Below, piece after piece: positions 1-12,354 of a stretch of 64,000 nucleotides of DNA. Origin of the DNA: Escherichia coli (GTDB lineage Bacteria; Pseudomonadota; Gammaproteobacteria; Enterobacterales; Enterobacteriaceae); NCBI RefSeq assembly GCF_036507355.1, contig NZ_AP027877.1; one strand, 5' to 3'. The notes under the pieces were generated by a model. The model ran no database searches. It was not told where the DNA came from and saw only the letters and a list, made by a program, of their open reading frames with translations. The translations under genes and the position numbers were made by a program. Within the stretch, counting starts at the first letter, position 1. Every line of letters starts with the position of its first letter.

Positions 1-239
1 CGCATACAAAACGGGTGGTAAAAAAAGCAAACGATTATCCGGCGATCATAGCGGCTTTTTCAACCGAAGTTTGCTGCTTTTTTCTCTTTTATTGTCTTGA
101 CGATGAAAAACCAGGCAATTGATGCGCAAACGTTATCGTCGATGCGCAAGATTGCAGCGTTATCGAGCCGTATACCGTTCTGGATTGCGATAAAAAATCG
201 TCTGAGATGACAAAAATATTGCGGCTAAAAAGTATACTT

Positions 240-420
240 TTGCACTGGCGAAGAAACGCCGGTGACATACAATTAAAGTATCAACACCAACCGGAACCTC
301 CACCACGTGCTCGAATGAGGTGTGTTGACGTCGGGGGAAACCCTCCTGTGTACCAGCGGGATAGAGAGAAAGACAAAGACCTGAAAACAAACTAAAGCGC
401 CCTTGTGGCGCTTTAGTTTT
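240..420 (+). ncRNA. candidate small RNA in the soxR-downstream intergenic region (position where K-12 has RyjA)
   Basis: Non-coding stretch ending in a GC hairpin plus T-run at ~395-420; TATACT -10-like hexamer near 234-239; boundaries inferred by position only, no sequence-level recognition. Confidence 0.2.
394..420. terminator. bidirectional rho-independent terminator at the soxR 3' end
   Basis: Inverted repeat AAGCGCC / GGCGCTT with 5-nt loop, flanked by A-run upstream and T-run downstream, right after the soxR stop. Confidence 0.6.
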
Positions 421-877
421 GTTCATCTTCCAGCAAGCGTGCGCCGGTACCTTCTTCTCCTAAGCGGTCGCCCGGGTTACGCAACGGGCAATCACTGCGC
501 GAAAGGCAGCCACAACCAATACATCCGTCCAGTTCGTCACGCAGCGCCACTAAGGTATGAATGCGCCGATCTAATTCTTCTCGCCATTGCGAAGAAAGCT
601 GCTTCCACTCTTTGGCGCTTAATGTATGCCCTTCGGGCAACACGCCAAACGCTTCACCAATGGTCGCCAGCGGAATGCCAATACGCTGAGCAATTTTGAT
701 AATTGCGACATATCGCAACACATCACGTTTATATCGCCGCTGATTGCCGCTGTTACGGATACTGGTAATCAACCCTTTGCTTTCATAGAAATGCAGCGCC
801 GATACCGCCACACCGCTGCGTTTCGCCACTTCGCCGGGGGTTAGCAGCGCTTTAATGCGGGGTAATTTCTTTTCCAT
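413..877 (-). CDS. soxR: SoxR, MerR-family [2Fe-2S] redox-sensing transcriptional activator
   Basis: 154-aa ORF; N-terminal MerR HTH; C-terminal [12 protein letters not shown] cysteine cluster; divergent from soxS. Confidence 0.95.
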   Translation of the reverse strand: MEKKLPRIKALLTPGEVAKRSGVAVSALHFYESKGLITSIRNSGNQRRYKRDVLRYVAIIKIAQRIGIPLATIGEAFGVLPEGHTLSAKEWKQLSSQWREELDRRIHTLVALRDELDGCIGCGCLSRSDCPLRNPGDRLGEEGTGARLLEDEQN

Positions 878-888
878 AAATCGCTTTA

Positions 889-906
889 CCTCAAGTTAAC
901 TTGAGG
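889..906. promoter_or_regulatory. SoxR operator in the soxS promoter
   Basis: Perfect palindrome CCTCAAGTTAACTTGAGG between the soxR and soxS starts, followed by a TATACT -10-like hexamer. Confidence 0.75.
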
Positions 907-962
907 AATTATACTCCCCAACAGATGAATTAACGAACTGAACACTGAAAAGAGGCAGATTT

Positions 963-1286
963 ATGTCCCATCAGAAAATTATTCAGGATCTTATCGCATG
1001 GATTGACGAGCATATTGACCAGCCGCTTAACATTGATGTCGTCGCAAAAAAATCAGGCTATTCAAAGTGGTACTTGCAACGGATGTTCCGCACGGTGACG
1101 CATCAGACGCTTGGCGATTACATTCGCCAACGCCGCCTGTTACTGGCCGCCGTTGAGTTGCGCACCACCGAGCGTCCGATTTTTGATATCGCAATGGACC
1201 TGGGTTATGTCTCGCAGCAGACCTTCTCCCGCGTTTTCCGTCGGCAGTTTGATCGCACTCCCAGCGATTATCGCCACCGCCTGTAG
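963..1286 (+). CDS. soxS: SoxS, AraC/XylS-family superoxide-response activator
   Basis: 107-aa ORF with two AraC-type HTH motifs. Confidence 0.95.
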   Translation: MSHQKIIQDLIAWIDEHIDQPLNIDVVAKKSGYSKWYLQRMFRTVTHQTLGDYIRQRRLLLAAVELRTTERPIFDIAMDLGYVSQQTFSRVFRRQFDRTPSDYRHRL

Positions 1287-1288
1287 TT

Positions 1289-2875
1289 TTATTGCCCGCG
1301 CGTTAACTCCCGCGCGGGTAATTGCTCCATCCATTGCATAAACACCTGCGGCGGCATCGCCTTCGCAAAGAACCATCCCTGGCAATAGCGCACGCCGCGT
1401 TTGCGCAGCCAGTTTACCTGCTCCTCAGTTTCGACGCCTTCAGCGATCGTTTTTAACCCCAGGCTGTGCGCCAGCTCGATGATGTGTTCCGCAATCAAAT
1501 GACTGGTTTTGTGGGTGGTCAGCGTCTCAACAAACGATTTGTCGATTTTCAAAATATCGACATTCAATGATTTAAGGTTATGCAAGTTAGAGTAGCCAAT
1601 ACCAAAATCATCAATTGCCACTTCGTAACCGGCCTGGCGGAAAGCCAGAATAATCGGCGTCATTTTGTCGACATCAAGAAATGCATGTTCAGTCACTTCA
1701 AATTTAATTTGCTGTGGACGCACCGCGTATTGCTCTGTTTTCTGATTGGTTCGCGCTATCAACCGTGACGTATGAAAATCGGAGGCCGACAGGTTAATAG
1801 AAACATAGCGATCGGCATGTGTTGCCAGGTACGCACCCAGATCGCGGAAGACATTATCAATAACATAATCAGTTACCTGTTCGATCATCCCCTCCTTTTC
1901 TGCCAGCGGAATAAATTCTGCCGGATTCATTACTTGCCCCTGCTCACCAGGCCAACGTAACAACGCTTCAGCGCCGATACATTTTTCTGTTTTGATATCG
2001 ATTATTGGCTGGTAATAAAGACAAAGTTGATGTTTTTCGAGGGCGCGTTGCAATTTGCGTTTGGGAGACAAATAGTTTTGTCGAATACGTAGCCAGAGTA
2101 ATAGCAGAACAAGACTCCCCAAAATACCGGCGGGTAACGCAAAAATAAGATGATTATAAAAATGGGCTATAAGACGTTGATATGAAGTCGCAACAATGGC
2201 TGCAATTGGGCGTTTTGTCGAATAAACTGTCGCATATAAATAGCCATTTCTTTGTACGGTTAAATCCTTCAAATGAATCAGCGGAGAAAACGTTGCTGCC
2301 GAGGCCTCGTTGCTTAACGAGAAAAAGGTTTTCGTCACCGTATCATACACACCCCATTGCAATGTCGGGTCATCAGACATCACTTCACTCCAGAAGAGAG
2401 GGTTGATAACCGCCACATAATTTCCCCGCTGCATATAGGTCATTTTATAGCCAGAGAAAAAAGGCGTATCGCGGTAATAATAGATAGAAACGTTAGGTTC
2501 ACGCTTATAATCGGCCGGTGCAATCGTATAGCCGTTTACAGGCGCTATCAGTGATGAGCATAAAAAATGGTTATCACGGGCATAGATCAATTCATTAATA
2601 TAAAGATAGCCACGAATAATATTTAACATTCGCGTTTGATGGGCTGGAGAGCAAACTTGCCCCTGATAGCGTTCTGCTGCATCGCTCACTAAATCTGCCT
2701 GGCGAATGACCAGCTCGGATTTATCCAGTGCCAGTTGAGCAAAGGTTCGGAGCTGATTATTCACTTCTGATTTTGCCCAAAGGAAGGCAATCCATAGCGA
2801 AAGAATGATGGGAAAGAGAACTAAAAAGATAATGCCCGGCAACGCCAGTAATTGGTGTCGTGCACGATGACTCAT
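1289..2875 (-). CDS. pdeC: c-di-GMP phosphodiesterase PdeC (YjcC), CSS-motif sensor plus EAL domain
   Basis: Track ORF 1289-2884 starts at TTG; first in-frame ATG at 2875 gives 528 aa ([10 protein letters not shown]...); N-terminal TM segment; EAL motif (GAEALLRWP) and QGWFF in the C-terminal domain. Confidence 0.85.
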
Positions 2876-3303
2876 TGCTATCAATTTCCTGCCTGTTTAT
2901 ACCCGGCCATTGCAAGGTGAAACCCTGGCTACCGACGTCTTTAGATAAATCTTACGGTATAAATAGCACTTTTGCCTGATTTGAAATTGATACCTTTTTA
3001 ATCGTCACCTGGATGAAAATAATTCATTGATATTCAAAATTAATTTTCTACAGGAATACAGAGGCGGCGGGAAGATATACCCTTAATGCCACTGAAAAAC
3101 CACATAATCTGTACAGCAATAAAAGTCACGACCTAATCTGGCTAACAAACAATCAATTGTGATATAGTTCACAAAATTAATGAAACAAACAGAGTGTTTC
3201 ATTTTTGTGTTCTGCAAGCCCCGCGATAGCCAGAGTGTACCACGCCTCCCGTGAACAACGCCGCGCTGTCCAGGGCATCGGCTCTTTTCAGAGGAATTGT
3301 TTG

Positions 3304-3585
3304 ATGGCTACCCTCACCACTGGCATGGTTCTTCTTCGCTGGCAACTTCTTAGTGCCGTAATGATGTTTCTGGCCAGCACGCTCAACATCCGTTTTCGTC
3401 GGTCTGATTATGTCGGGCTTGCAGTGATCAGCAGCGGTCTGGGCGTGGTTTCCGCCTGCTGGTTCGCGATGGGGTTGCTTGGCATCACAATGGCGGATAT
3501 CACCGCTATCTGGCACAACATCGAGTCGGTGATGATAGAAGAGATGAATCAGACACCGCCACAGTGGCCAATGATTTTGACCTGA
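3304..3585 (+). CDS. yjcB: small inner-membrane protein YjcB
   Basis: Internal ATG of track ORF 3205-3585 gives 93 aa (MATLTTGMVLLRW...), hydrophobic; followed by a terminator. Confidence 0.65.
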   Translation: MATLTTGMVLLRWQLLSAVMMFLASTLNIRFRRSDYVGLAVISSGLGVVSACWFAMGLLGITMADITAIWHNIESVMIEEMNQTPPQWPMILT

Positions 3586-3591
3586 TACGTA

Positions 3592-3621
3592 GAAGCCTCC
3601 ATAACGGAGGCTTCTTTTTTA
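3592..3621 (+). terminator. rho-independent terminator of yjcB
   Basis: GAAGCCTCC-ATAAC-GGAGGCTTC hairpin followed by TTTTTT. Confidence 0.65.
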
Positions 3622-3683
3622 TGGCTGGCAGATGCTTTAATCATCCACCTTAAAACAATATAACCTATTGTTTTAATGACAAA

Positions 3684-4220
3684 TCAGAACGGAATATCGT
3701 CATCAAAGTCCATCGGCGGCTCGTTAGACGGCGCTGCCGGAGCGGACTGCTGCGGGCGAGACTGCGCGCCGCCGCTGAACTGATTGCCACCCTGCGGCTG
3801 CTGAGGCTGACCCCAACCGCCCTGCGGCTGACCACCACCGATATTGCCACCTGCAGGAGCGCCACCACCCTGACGACCACCCAGCATCTGCATAGTGCCG
3901 CCAACGTTCACCACAACTTCTGTGGTGTAGCGATCCTGACCAGATTGATCGGTCCATTTACGGGTACGCAGCTGACCTTCGATATAAACCTGAGAACCTT
4001 TACGCAGATATTCGCTGGCCACTTCTGCCAGTTTGCCGAACAGCACAACGCGGTGCCATTCAGTCTGCTCTTTCATCTCGCCGGTCGCTTTATCACGCCA
4101 GGATTCGGAAGTAGCCAGCGTAATGTTGGCAACTGCGCCACCATTTGGCATGTAGCGTACTTCCGGGTCCTGACCCAGATTACCAACGAGAATAACCTTG
4201 TTTACGCCTCTGCTGGCCAT
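3684..4220 (-). CDS. ssb: single-stranded DNA-binding protein
   Basis: 178 aa; OB-fold N-terminus; Gly/Gln/Pro-rich tail ending in the acidic DDDIPF tip. Confidence 0.97.
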   Translation of the reverse strand: MASRGVNKVILVGNLGQDPEVRYMPNGGAVANITLATSESWRDKATGEMKEQTEWHRVVLFGKLAEVASEYLRKGSQVYIEGQLRTRKWTDQSGQDRYTTEVVVNVGGTMQMLGGRQGGGAPAGGNIGGGQPQGGWGQPQQPQGGNQFSGGAQSRPQQSAPAAPSNEPPMDFDDDIPF

Positions 4221-4371
4221 GTTCGTGTCTCCTGAAAAAAAATCGTTCTGAATAAGTGTAAACGCGCGATTGTACCATTACCAATAGCGCTTTTACTATG
4301 TTGTGACCTCGGTTCCGGGAAACAAACCTGGCCAGACATTGTTACACAACACTCCGGGTAATGCATTCCAA

Positions 4372-4391
4372 TACTGTATATTCATTCAGGT
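4372..4391. promoter_or_regulatory. LexA (SOS) box in the divergent ssb-uvrA promoter region
   Basis: TACTGTATATTCATTCAGGT, CTGT-N8-type SOS operator, about 90 bp upstream of the uvrA start. Confidence 0.8.
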
Positions 4392-4474
4392 CAATTTGTG
4401 TCATAATTAACCGTTTGTAATCGCCGGTAGCACCATGCCACCGGGCAAAAAAGCGTTTAATCCGGGAAAGGTGA

Positions 4475-7297
4475 ATGGATAAGATCGAAGTTCGGGGCGC
4501 CCGCACCCATAATCTCAAAAACATCAACCTCGTTATCCCCCGCGACAAGCTCATTGTCGTGACCGGGCTTTCGGGTTCTGGCAAATCCTCGCTCGCTTTC
4601 GACACCTTATATGCCGAAGGGCAGCGCCGTTACGTTGAATCCCTTTCCGCCTACGCGCGGCAGTTTCTGTCACTGATGGAAAAGCCGGACGTCGATCATA
4701 TTGAGGGGCTTTCTCCTGCCATCTCAATTGAGCAGAAATCGACGTCTCATAACCCGCGTTCTACGGTGGGGACAATCACCGAAATCCACGACTATTTGCG
4801 TTTGTTGTTCGCCCGCGTTGGCGAGCCGCGCTGTCCGGACCACGACGTCCCGCTGGCGGCGCAAACCGTCAGCCAGATGGTGGATAACGTGCTGTCGCAG
4901 CCGGAAGGCAAGCGTCTGATGCTGCTCGCGCCAATCATTAAAGAGCGCAAAGGCGAACACACCAAAACGCTGGAGAACCTGGCAAGCCAGGGTTACATCC
5001 GTGCTCGTATTGATGGCGAAGTCTGCGATCTTTCCGATCCGCCGAAACTGGAACTGCAAAAGAAACATACCATTGAAGTGGTGGTTGATCGCTTCAAGGT
5101 GCGTGACGATCTTACCCAACGTCTGGCCGAGTCGTTTGAAACCGCGCTGGAGCTTTCCGGTGGTACCGCGGTAGTGGCGGATATGGACGACCCGAAAGCG
5201 GAAGAGCTGCTGTTCTCCGCCAACTTCGCCTGCCCAATTTGCGGTTACAGTATGCGCGAGCTGGAGCCGCGACTGTTTTCGTTTAACAACCCGGCGGGGG
5301 CCTGCCCGACCTGCGACGGCCTTGGCGTACAGCAATATTTCGATCCTGACCGCGTGATCCAGAATCCGGAACTGTCGCTGGCAGGTGGTGCGATCCGTGG
5401 CTGGGATCGCCGCAACTTCTATTATTTCCAGATGCTGAAATCACTGGCAGATCACTATAAGTTCGACGTCGAAGCGCCGTGGGGCAGCCTGAGCGCGAGC
5501 GTGCATAAAGTGGTGTTGTACGGTTCTGGCAAAGAAAACATTGAATTCAAATACATGAACGATCGTGGCGATACCTCCATTCGTCGTCATCCGTTTGAAG
5601 GCGTGCTGCACAATATGGAGCGCCGTTATAAAGAGACGGAGTCCAGCGCGGTACGCGAAGAATTAGCCAAGTTCATCAGCAATCGCCCGTGCGCCAGCTG
5701 CGAAGGGACGCGTCTGCGTCGGGAAGCGCGCCACGTGTATGTCGAGAATACGCCGCTGCCCGCCATCTCCGACATGAGCATTGGTCATGCGATGGAATTC
5801 TTCAACAATCTCAAACTCGCAGGTCAGCGGGCGAAGATTGCGGAAAAAATTCTTAAAGAGATCGGCGATCGTTTGAAATTCCTCGTTAACGTCGGCCTGA
5901 ATTACCTGACGCTTTCCCGCTCGGCAGAAACGCTTTCCGGCGGTGAAGCCCAGCGTATCCGTCTGGCGAGCCAGATTGGTGCGGGCCTGGTTGGCGTTAT
6001 GTACGTGCTGGACGAGCCGTCTATCGGCCTGCACCAGCGCGATAACGAGCGCCTGTTGGGTACGCTTATCCATCTGCGCGATCTCGGTAATACCGTGATT
6101 GTGGTGGAGCACGACGAAGACGCGATTCGCGCCGCTGACCATGTGATCGACATTGGCCCGGGCGCAGGTGTACACGGCGGTGAAGTGGTCGCGGAAGGTC
6201 CACTGGAAGCGATTATGGCGGTGCCGGAGTCGTTAACCGGACAGTACATGAGCGGTAAACGCAAGATTGAAGTGCCGAAGAAACGCGTTCCGGCGAATCC
6301 GGAAAAAGTGCTGAAGCTGACAGGCGCACGCGGTAATAACCTGAAAGACGTGACGCTGACGCTGCCAGTCGGTCTGTTTACCTGCATCACAGGGGTTTCA
6401 GGTTCCGGTAAATCGACGCTGATTAACGACACACTGTTCCCGATTGCCCAACGCCAGTTGAATGGGGCGACCATCGCCGAACCAGCACCGTATCGCGATA
6501 TTCAGGGGCTGGAGCATTTCGATAAAGTGATCGATATCGACCAAAGCCCAATTGGTCGTACTCCGCGTTCTAACCCGGCGACCTATACCGGCGTGTTTAC
6601 ACCTGTGCGCGAACTGTTTGCGGGCGTACCGGAATCCCGTGCGCGTGGTTATACGCCAGGACGTTTCAGCTTTAACGTCCGTGGCGGACGCTGCGAGGCC
6701 TGTCAGGGCGATGGCGTGATCAAAGTGGAGATGCACTTCCTGCCGGATATCTACGTGCCGTGCGACCAGTGCAAAGGTAAACGCTATAACCGTGAAACGC
6801 TGGAGATTAAGTACAAAGGCAAAACCATCCACGAAGTGCTGGATATGACCATCGAAGAGGCGCGTGAGTTCTTTGATGCGGTGCCAGCTCTGGCGCGTAA
6901 GCTGCAAACGTTGATGGACGTTGGTCTGACGTACATTCGCCTGGGGCAGTCCGCAACCACACTTTCTGGTGGTGAAGCCCAGCGCGTGAAGCTGGCGCGT
7001 GAGCTGTCAAAACGCGGCACCGGGCAGACGCTGTATATTCTCGACGAGCCGACCACCGGTCTGCACTTCGCCGATATTCAGCAACTGCTCGACGTACTGC
7101 ATAAACTGCGCGATCAGGGCAACACCATTGTGGTGATTGAGCACAATCTCGACGTGATCAAAACCGCTGACTGGATTGTCGACCTGGGACCAGAAGGCGG
7201 CAGTGGCGGCGGCGAAATCCTCGTCTCCGGTACGCCAGAAACCGTCGCGGAGTGCGAAGCTTCGCATACGGCACGCTTCCTCAAGCCGATGCTGTAA
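4475..7297 (+). CDS. uvrA: excinuclease ABC subunit A
   Basis: 940 aa; two ABC ATPase modules (Walker [10 protein letters not shown] and GVSGSGKST; LSGGE signatures); CxxC zinc-finger motifs. Confidence 0.98.
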   Translation: MDKIEVRGARTHNLKNINLVIPRDKLIVVTGLSGSGKSSLAFDTLYAEGQRRYVESLSAYARQFLSLMEKPDVDHIEGLSPAISIEQKSTSHNPRSTVGTITEIHDYLRLLFARVGEPRCPDHDVPLAAQTVSQMVDNVLSQPEGKRLMLLAPIIKERKGEHTKTLENLASQGYIRARIDGEVCDLSDPPKLELQKKHTIEVVVDRFKVRDDLTQRLAESFETALELSGGTAVVADMDDPKAEELLFSANFACPICGYSMRELEPRLFSFNNPAGACPTCDGLGVQQYFDPDRVIQNPELSLAGGAIRGWDRRNFYYFQMLKSLADHYKFDVEAPWGSLSASVHKVVLYGSGKENIEFKYMNDRGDTSIRRHPFEGVLHNMERRYKETESSAVREELAKFISNRPCASCEGTRLRREARHVYVENTPLPAISDMSIGHAMEFFNNLKLAGQRAKIAEKILKEIGDRLKFLVNVGLNYLTLSRSAETLSGGEAQRIRLASQIGAGLVGVMYVLDEPSIGLHQRDNERLLGTLIHLRDLGNTVIVVEHDEDAIRAADHVIDIGPGAGVHGGEVVAEGPLEAIMAVPESLTGQYMSGKRKIEVPKKRVPANPEKVLKLTGARGNNLKDVTLTLPVGLFTCITGVSGSGKSTLINDTLFPIAQRQLNGATIAEPAPYRDIQGLEHFDKVIDIDQSPIGRTPRSNPATYTGVFTPVRELFAGVPESRARGYTPGRFSFNVRGGRCEACQGDGVIKVEMHFLPDIYVPCDQCKGKRYNRETLEIKYKGKTIHEVLDMTIEEAREFFDAVPALARKLQTLMDVGLTYIRLGQSATTLSGGEAQRVKLARELSKRGTGQTLYILDEPTTGLHFADIQQLLDVLHKLRDQGNTIVVIEHNLDVIKTADWIVDLGPEGGSGGGEILVSGTPETVAECEASHTARFLKPML

Positions 7298-7302
7298 TCG
7301 TT

Positions 7303-7329
7303 AAGGCCGCTTTCCGAGCGGCCTTTTCC
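7303..7329. terminator. bidirectional terminator between uvrA and yjbR
   Basis: AGGCCGC-TTTCCGA-GCGGCCT hairpin followed by TTTTCC. Confidence 0.65.
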
Positions 7330-7331
7330 TT

Positions 7332-7688
7332 TCAGAGTTGCACCAGCAATTTACGTTTTTCTTCCGGCAGTAAATTCACCGCCTGCTGATAAGACGCATC
7401 CACCAGATAATAGATTTGCGAATCCGGCAGCGAACCGTCGAGATACACGGTGCTCCAGTGCGCTTTATTCAGATGGCGGCTTGGACGCACATCGCTGTGC
7501 TGCTGACGTAGCAGCTCCGCCAGCTCCGGGCTGGTTTTCAGCGAAACAGCTGGGCGATTTTCTACTTCTTTCACCATCGCAAACAGTACATCTTCCACTT
7601 TGATCTGCGTCGCTTTCCAGTCGTTATGCACGCTCTGTTCTGCGCCTGGTTTTGCCATGCAATATTGTAGCAACTCCGAAATGGTCAT
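7332..7688 (-). CDS. yjbR: YjbR-family (MmcQ/YjbR) uncharacterised protein
   Basis: 118-aa ORF in the conserved position downstream of yjbQ. Confidence 0.8.
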   Translation of the reverse strand: MTISELLQYCMAKPGAEQSVHNDWKATQIKVEDVLFAMVKEVENRPAVSLKTSPELAELLRQQHSDVRPSRHLNKAHWSTVYLDGSLPDSQIYYLVDASYQQAVNLLPEEKRKLLVQL

Positions 7689-7691
7689 TTT

Positions 7692-8108
7692 TTACTCCCC
7701 TTGTAGTGTCGCGATGATGCGACGCGATCCGCCGTGGATGCGATGTTCCCCCAGCCAAATGCCTTGCCAGGTGCCGGTCTGAATACGCCCTTTATGCACC
7801 GGCAATACAAGCGATGTTCCCAGCATTGAGGATTTGATATGAGAAGGCATATCGTCTGCTCCCTCATAGTCATGCTCATAGTTTCCATTATCGGGAACGG
7901 TGCGGAGGAAAAAACGCTCCATGTCGTGGCGTACGGTGGGATCGCAGTTCTCATTAAGTGTCAGAGAGGCGGAGGTATGTTGCAGCAACAGATGCAGTAA
8001 GCCGATGTTAACGCGCGGCATATCAGCCAGCTGATTCAGAATTTCATCCGTTACCAGATGAAACCCACGAGATTTGGCGCTAAGCGTGAGCGTCTTTTGA
8101 TACCACAT
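7692..8108 (-). CDS. yjbQ: YjbQ, UPF0047-family protein
   Basis: 138-aa ORF, 4 bp upstream of yjbR on the same strand. Confidence 0.8.
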
Positions 8109-8218
8109 GTGCTGCTCCTTGATAAAACTCTCTTAATCAGTTTGCAGCAAGACAGCGAAAGGATAAAGGTGTGATTAAAAAAACAGCATTCGGGAGAGTG
8201 TCACGCTCTCCCGCTCTG

Positions 8219-9211
<993 letters not shown>

Positions 9212-9349
9212 TTAATGAACTTAATGATACAGCATTACAAAAACAATCGAAGTTTAAAAAATAAAATTTTTATAAAGATGATCTCTGATTGACCAGAACC
9301 CTACCATACAATGGTGACTAATTTTATTACTCTCGAAGGAGATGATGAT

Positions 9350-9853
9350 ATGAATATATCATATGTGAATAGCAACAAAACGACATCTTTACCTGTTGAG
9401 CTAGATGCACTAAATAATAAAGATATCTCTTATGCCAAAGATTTTTCTTATGCCAAAGATTTCTTTTTATATATAGAAATACAGTTAAAAATTGCAAAAG
9501 ATTTTTGTAGACCTGGAGAAGAAGTATCAAGTTCTATTGCAAGTACAGTTTTTCACGCTTTTATTGATTTAGTTAACAAAATCAGGGGAAAGAAAGATTG
9601 TATGTATATTTGTACGCTTTGCTGTTTTGCCGAGGAGGTTAAAGGTGATTATTCTCATTACAGGACCTTTTCATTTGATATCGGTAATCAATATAAGGTT
9701 AAACTTACACAAAGCGGAAAAGATGAGTTCTCTTTAACTTTAGAATTTAACGATACTATAATTGAATCTCAGAAAGTCACAGGCAATAAGGCAAAGCATA
9801 TTCTTAAGGATATAGCAGAATACTATCGTAACAAACCCGGCACTTATTATTAA
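9350..9853 (+). CDS. hypothetical protein, AT-rich, between aphA and tyrB
   Basis: Track ORF 9311-9853; in-frame ATG at 9350 preceded by a strong SD (GAAGGAG); long open frame in ~30% GC DNA; internal 18-bp tandem duplication encoding SYAKDF-SYAKDF; no recognisable domain. Confidence 0.45.
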   Translation: MNISYVNSNKTTSLPVELDALNNKDISYAKDFSYAKDFFLYIEIQLKIAKDFCRPGEEVSSSIASTVFHAFIDLVNKIRGKKDCMYICTLCCFAEEVKGDYSHYRTFSFDIGNQYKVKLTQSGKDEFSLTLEFNDTIIESQKVTGNKAKHILKDIAEYYRNKPGTYY

Positions 9854-10074
9854 GTTTAATAATGATTAGAAATGCAGAAATTATTACCCCACACAAAAAA
9901 ACAGGGTAAGGAATTCCAGATAATTAGGATAATCTTAACAATAAAAGAACTAACAACGTTTATTATCTCTCACGTAGAACGATGGTATCAAAAAAATCAT
10001 CTATAAAGAAAGTGTGAAAGCGACGACAGTTTAATTTCACTGCAGGCTGGGTAATTCCAGCCTGCTTTACTGCA

Positions 10075-11268
10075 TTACATCACCGCAGCAAACGCCTTTG
10101 CCACACGTTGCACATTTGCCGTATTTAACCCGGCGACACACATGCGACCGCTGGCGATGAGATAGACACCAAATTCTTCACGTAGTCGGTCAACCTGAGC
10201 GGCACTTAAACCGGTATAACTGAACATGCCGCGCTGATTAAGCAGATAATCGAAATTGCGTTCTGGCATCTCTGTGCTCAATACCTTCACCAGTTCCTGA
10301 CGCATTGCCAGAATGCGAGTACGCATCTCTTCTACTTCCGCCAGCCAGCTGGCTTTCAATGCCTCGTCATTCAGCACCGCAGCCACCACCTGCGCACCAA
10401 AATTCGGCGGGCTGGAGTAGTTGCGGCGAACTGTTGCTTTCAATTGCCCCAGTACGCGGCCTGCAGCTTCGGCATCTTCACACAGAACAGAAAGTCCGCC
10501 AACGCGCTCGCCGTAAAGGGAGAAAATTTTCGAGAACGAATTGCTCACCAGAGCGGGTAATCCAGCGCTGGCAATGGCGCGAATGGCGTAGGCATCCTCT
10601 TCCATACCGGCACCAAATCCTTGATAGGCAATATCAAGGAATGGGATAAGCTCGCGGGCTTTGAGAATTTCAATCACCGCATCCCACTGGTCATTAGTGA
10701 GATCGGCACCCGTTGGGTTGTGGCAACATGGATGCAGCAACACAATACTGCGGGCAGGTAATGTTTTCAGCATCGCCAACAGGTCATTAAAGCGCACGCC
10801 GTTAGTCGCTTCGTCATACCAGGGGTAAGTACTTACTTCGAATCCAGCCCCGGCGAAGATTGCTACGTGGTTTTCCCAGGTAGGATCGCTGACCCAGACG
10901 CCTGATTCCGGGAAGTAGCATTTCAGGAAATCCGCGCCCACTTTCAATGCCCCTGAGCCGCCAAGGGTTTGAATGGTTGCTACGCGCTGTTGTTGCAGTA
11001 CCGGATGGTCGGCACCAAACAGCAGCGGCGCAATGGCATGGCGATAGCTGTTAAGCCCTTCCATCGGTAAATAAAGCGAAGCGCCATGAGGCTGCGCATT
11101 CAGGCGCGCTTCTGCATCAGCCACGGCTTTCAATTGTGGAATAATTCCGTCTTCGTTGTAGTACAGACCGATACTTAAATTCACTTTGTCGCTGCGAGGG
11201 TCTTCTTTAAAACGCTCCATAAGCGTAAGAATCGGGTCGCCAGCGTAGGCGTCAACTTTTTGAAACAC
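10075..11268 (-). CDS. tyrB: aromatic-amino-acid aminotransferase
   Basis: 397 aa from a GTG start ([14 protein letters not shown]...); class-I aminotransferase with PLP lysine in [16 protein letters not shown]. Confidence 0.95.
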   Translation of the reverse strand: MFQKVDAYAGDPILTLMERFKEDPRSDKVNLSIGLYYNEDGIIPQLKAVADAEARLNAQPHGASLYLPMEGLNSYRHAIAPLLFGADHPVLQQQRVATIQTLGGSGALKVGADFLKCYFPESGVWVSDPTWENHVAIFAGAGFEVSTYPWYDEATNGVRFNDLLAMLKTLPARSIVLLHPCCHNPTGADLTNDQWDAVIEILKARELIPFLDIAYQGFGAGMEEDAYAIRAIASAGLPALVSNSFSKIFSLYGERVGGLSVLCEDAEAAGRVLGQLKATVRRNYSSPPNFGAQVVAAVLNDEALKASWLAEVEEMRTRILAMRQELVKVLSTEMPERNFDYLLNQRGMFSYTGLSAAQVDRLREEFGVYLIASGRMCVAGLNTANVQRVAKAFAAVM

Positions 11269-11349
11269 GCGATGGTTCTCCAGGTTTACGGGCAGGTGGT
11301 TAAAACACAATAAACCGGAAGAAGGCGAAGATCGAGTGGATGTTCAAAG

Positions 11350-12354
11350 TCAGTCGGGAAGTTGATGAAGAATTTGCCCCAGTCGCTCTTGCAGCGACCC
11401 CGAAACCGAAAGATAAGGAATGTTCCTGCGCGATAATTCCTGTTCGTACCACGCCTGCTGCCGCGCGCGAAACGCCTCTCCTTGCCGGGTGCCATCCTGC
11501 ACAAAGGGAAATTCCGCGCCGCAAAGCACCACCAGAGAGTATTCCCGCTCCGCCAGCTGGTGAAGTTCTTGCGGGGCATGACCATATTGATCAAGGGTAT
11601 AGAACAAGGTCGTGAGTGGCGATGTGTCACATATAAGATAGCGATTAGCTTCTGCTTGTTGTTCCCGACGTACCTGTTCGCGGGCGATATGCAACAAATC
11701 GTCTGCGGTTAAAACACCATTTTTCTCTTCCCAATAGTCGCGACCAAATTCAGCGACATACGCCGTATCGAGCACGTCCGCCAGTGCTTTTGAAAGTGTG
11801 CTCTTACCGGTTGATTCGCCACCAAGCAGACAGATACGGCGAACGAAACTGCGATAAACGTCGTGCGCCAGCATGTAGCGATAACGGTGAACGTCGGAAC
11901 GAATCAGCGTTCCCGAAGGTGATTTATCGCCAAGTGGACGCTGTAATCGAACGTGTTCAACAGGTTGGGCAAAACGCAGTGCCAACACTTTAGCAAAACC
12001 GTCACCATAATCTTCTGCGGTAAATACAGCGTGTGGGCGGCAACGTAATACCTGCAGGCACAGCGTCGCCACATAATGACGATGGATGTCGGCATCGGCA
12101 TCATTATGCGGTATGGCAGGTAAGTTATAACGCGCGATCAGTTCGGGAGTCAGTACCAGAACCATCGCTCGTGGGAAGCGCACTTGCAGCCACGTCAGGC
12201 GCTTTTCAGGTTCACAGTCAGGCATTTCCGGCACGGAATAACTGATGATGAACAGTTCTTCACATTGTGCCAGCGCGGTATTAATCAACCGTTCATGACC
12301 ACAATGCAAAGGCGCGAATTTGCCAACCACCAGTCCCGTTACGAAAGGCTTCAT
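11350..12354 (-). CDS. NadR-like bifunctional NMN adenylyltransferase / ribosylnicotinamide kinase, no N-terminal HTH
   Basis: NMNAT motif GKFAPLHCGHERLI; C-terminal kinase P-loop LLGGESTGKSTLSKALA and EFGRDY, both co-linear with E. coli NadR; ATG at 12354 overlaps the stop of the upstream pnuC-like gene (ATGA); track ORF extends to a GTG at 12378. Confidence 0.85.
   Translation of the reverse strand: MKPFVTGLVVGKFAPLHCGHERLINTALAQCEELFIISYSVPEMPDCEPEKRLTWLQVRFPRAMVLVLTPELIARYNLPAIPHNDADADIHRHYVATLCLQVLRCRPHAVFTAEDYGDGFAKVLALRFAQPVEHVRLQRPLGDKSPSGTLIRSDVHRYRYMLAHDVYRSFVRRICLLGGESTGKSTLSKALADVLDTAYVAEFGRDYWEEKNGVLTADDLLHIAREQVRREQQAEANRYLICDTSPLTTLFYTLDQYGHAPQELHQLAEREYSLVVLCGAEFPFVQDGTRQGEAFRARQQAWYEQELSRRNIPYLSVSGSLQERLGQILHQLPD

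Noticed and set aside
160-426. 88-aa minus-strand ORF downstream of soxR
   Set aside because: Runs through the soxR terminator hairpin, no SD, low-complexity translation; more likely non-coding (possible sRNA region).
3199-3516. 105-aa minus-strand ORF overlapping yjcB
   Set aside because: Antisense to the yjcB frame, which has a proper terminator; no support.
4724-5335. 203-aa ORF antisense to uvrA (and similar antisense ORFs at 5663-6175, 5902-6474, 6398-6907)
   Set aside because: Fully embedded antisense to a well-supported 940-aa gene in GC-rich DNA; typical spurious open frames, no SD or motif support.
9428-9463. CRISPR-like or VNTR array
   Set aside because: Only two tandem copies of an 18-bp unit with no spacers; it is an in-frame coding duplication, not a CRISPR array. 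No CRISPR repeats seen anywhere in the window.
9327-9530. 67-aa minus-strand ORF (possibly the annotated yjbS of K-12)
   Set aside because: Entirely antisense to the longer SD-supported plus-strand ORF; its KNLWHK repeat is just the antisense reading of the 18-bp tandem duplication. Kept as an alternative in the findings, not called as a feature.
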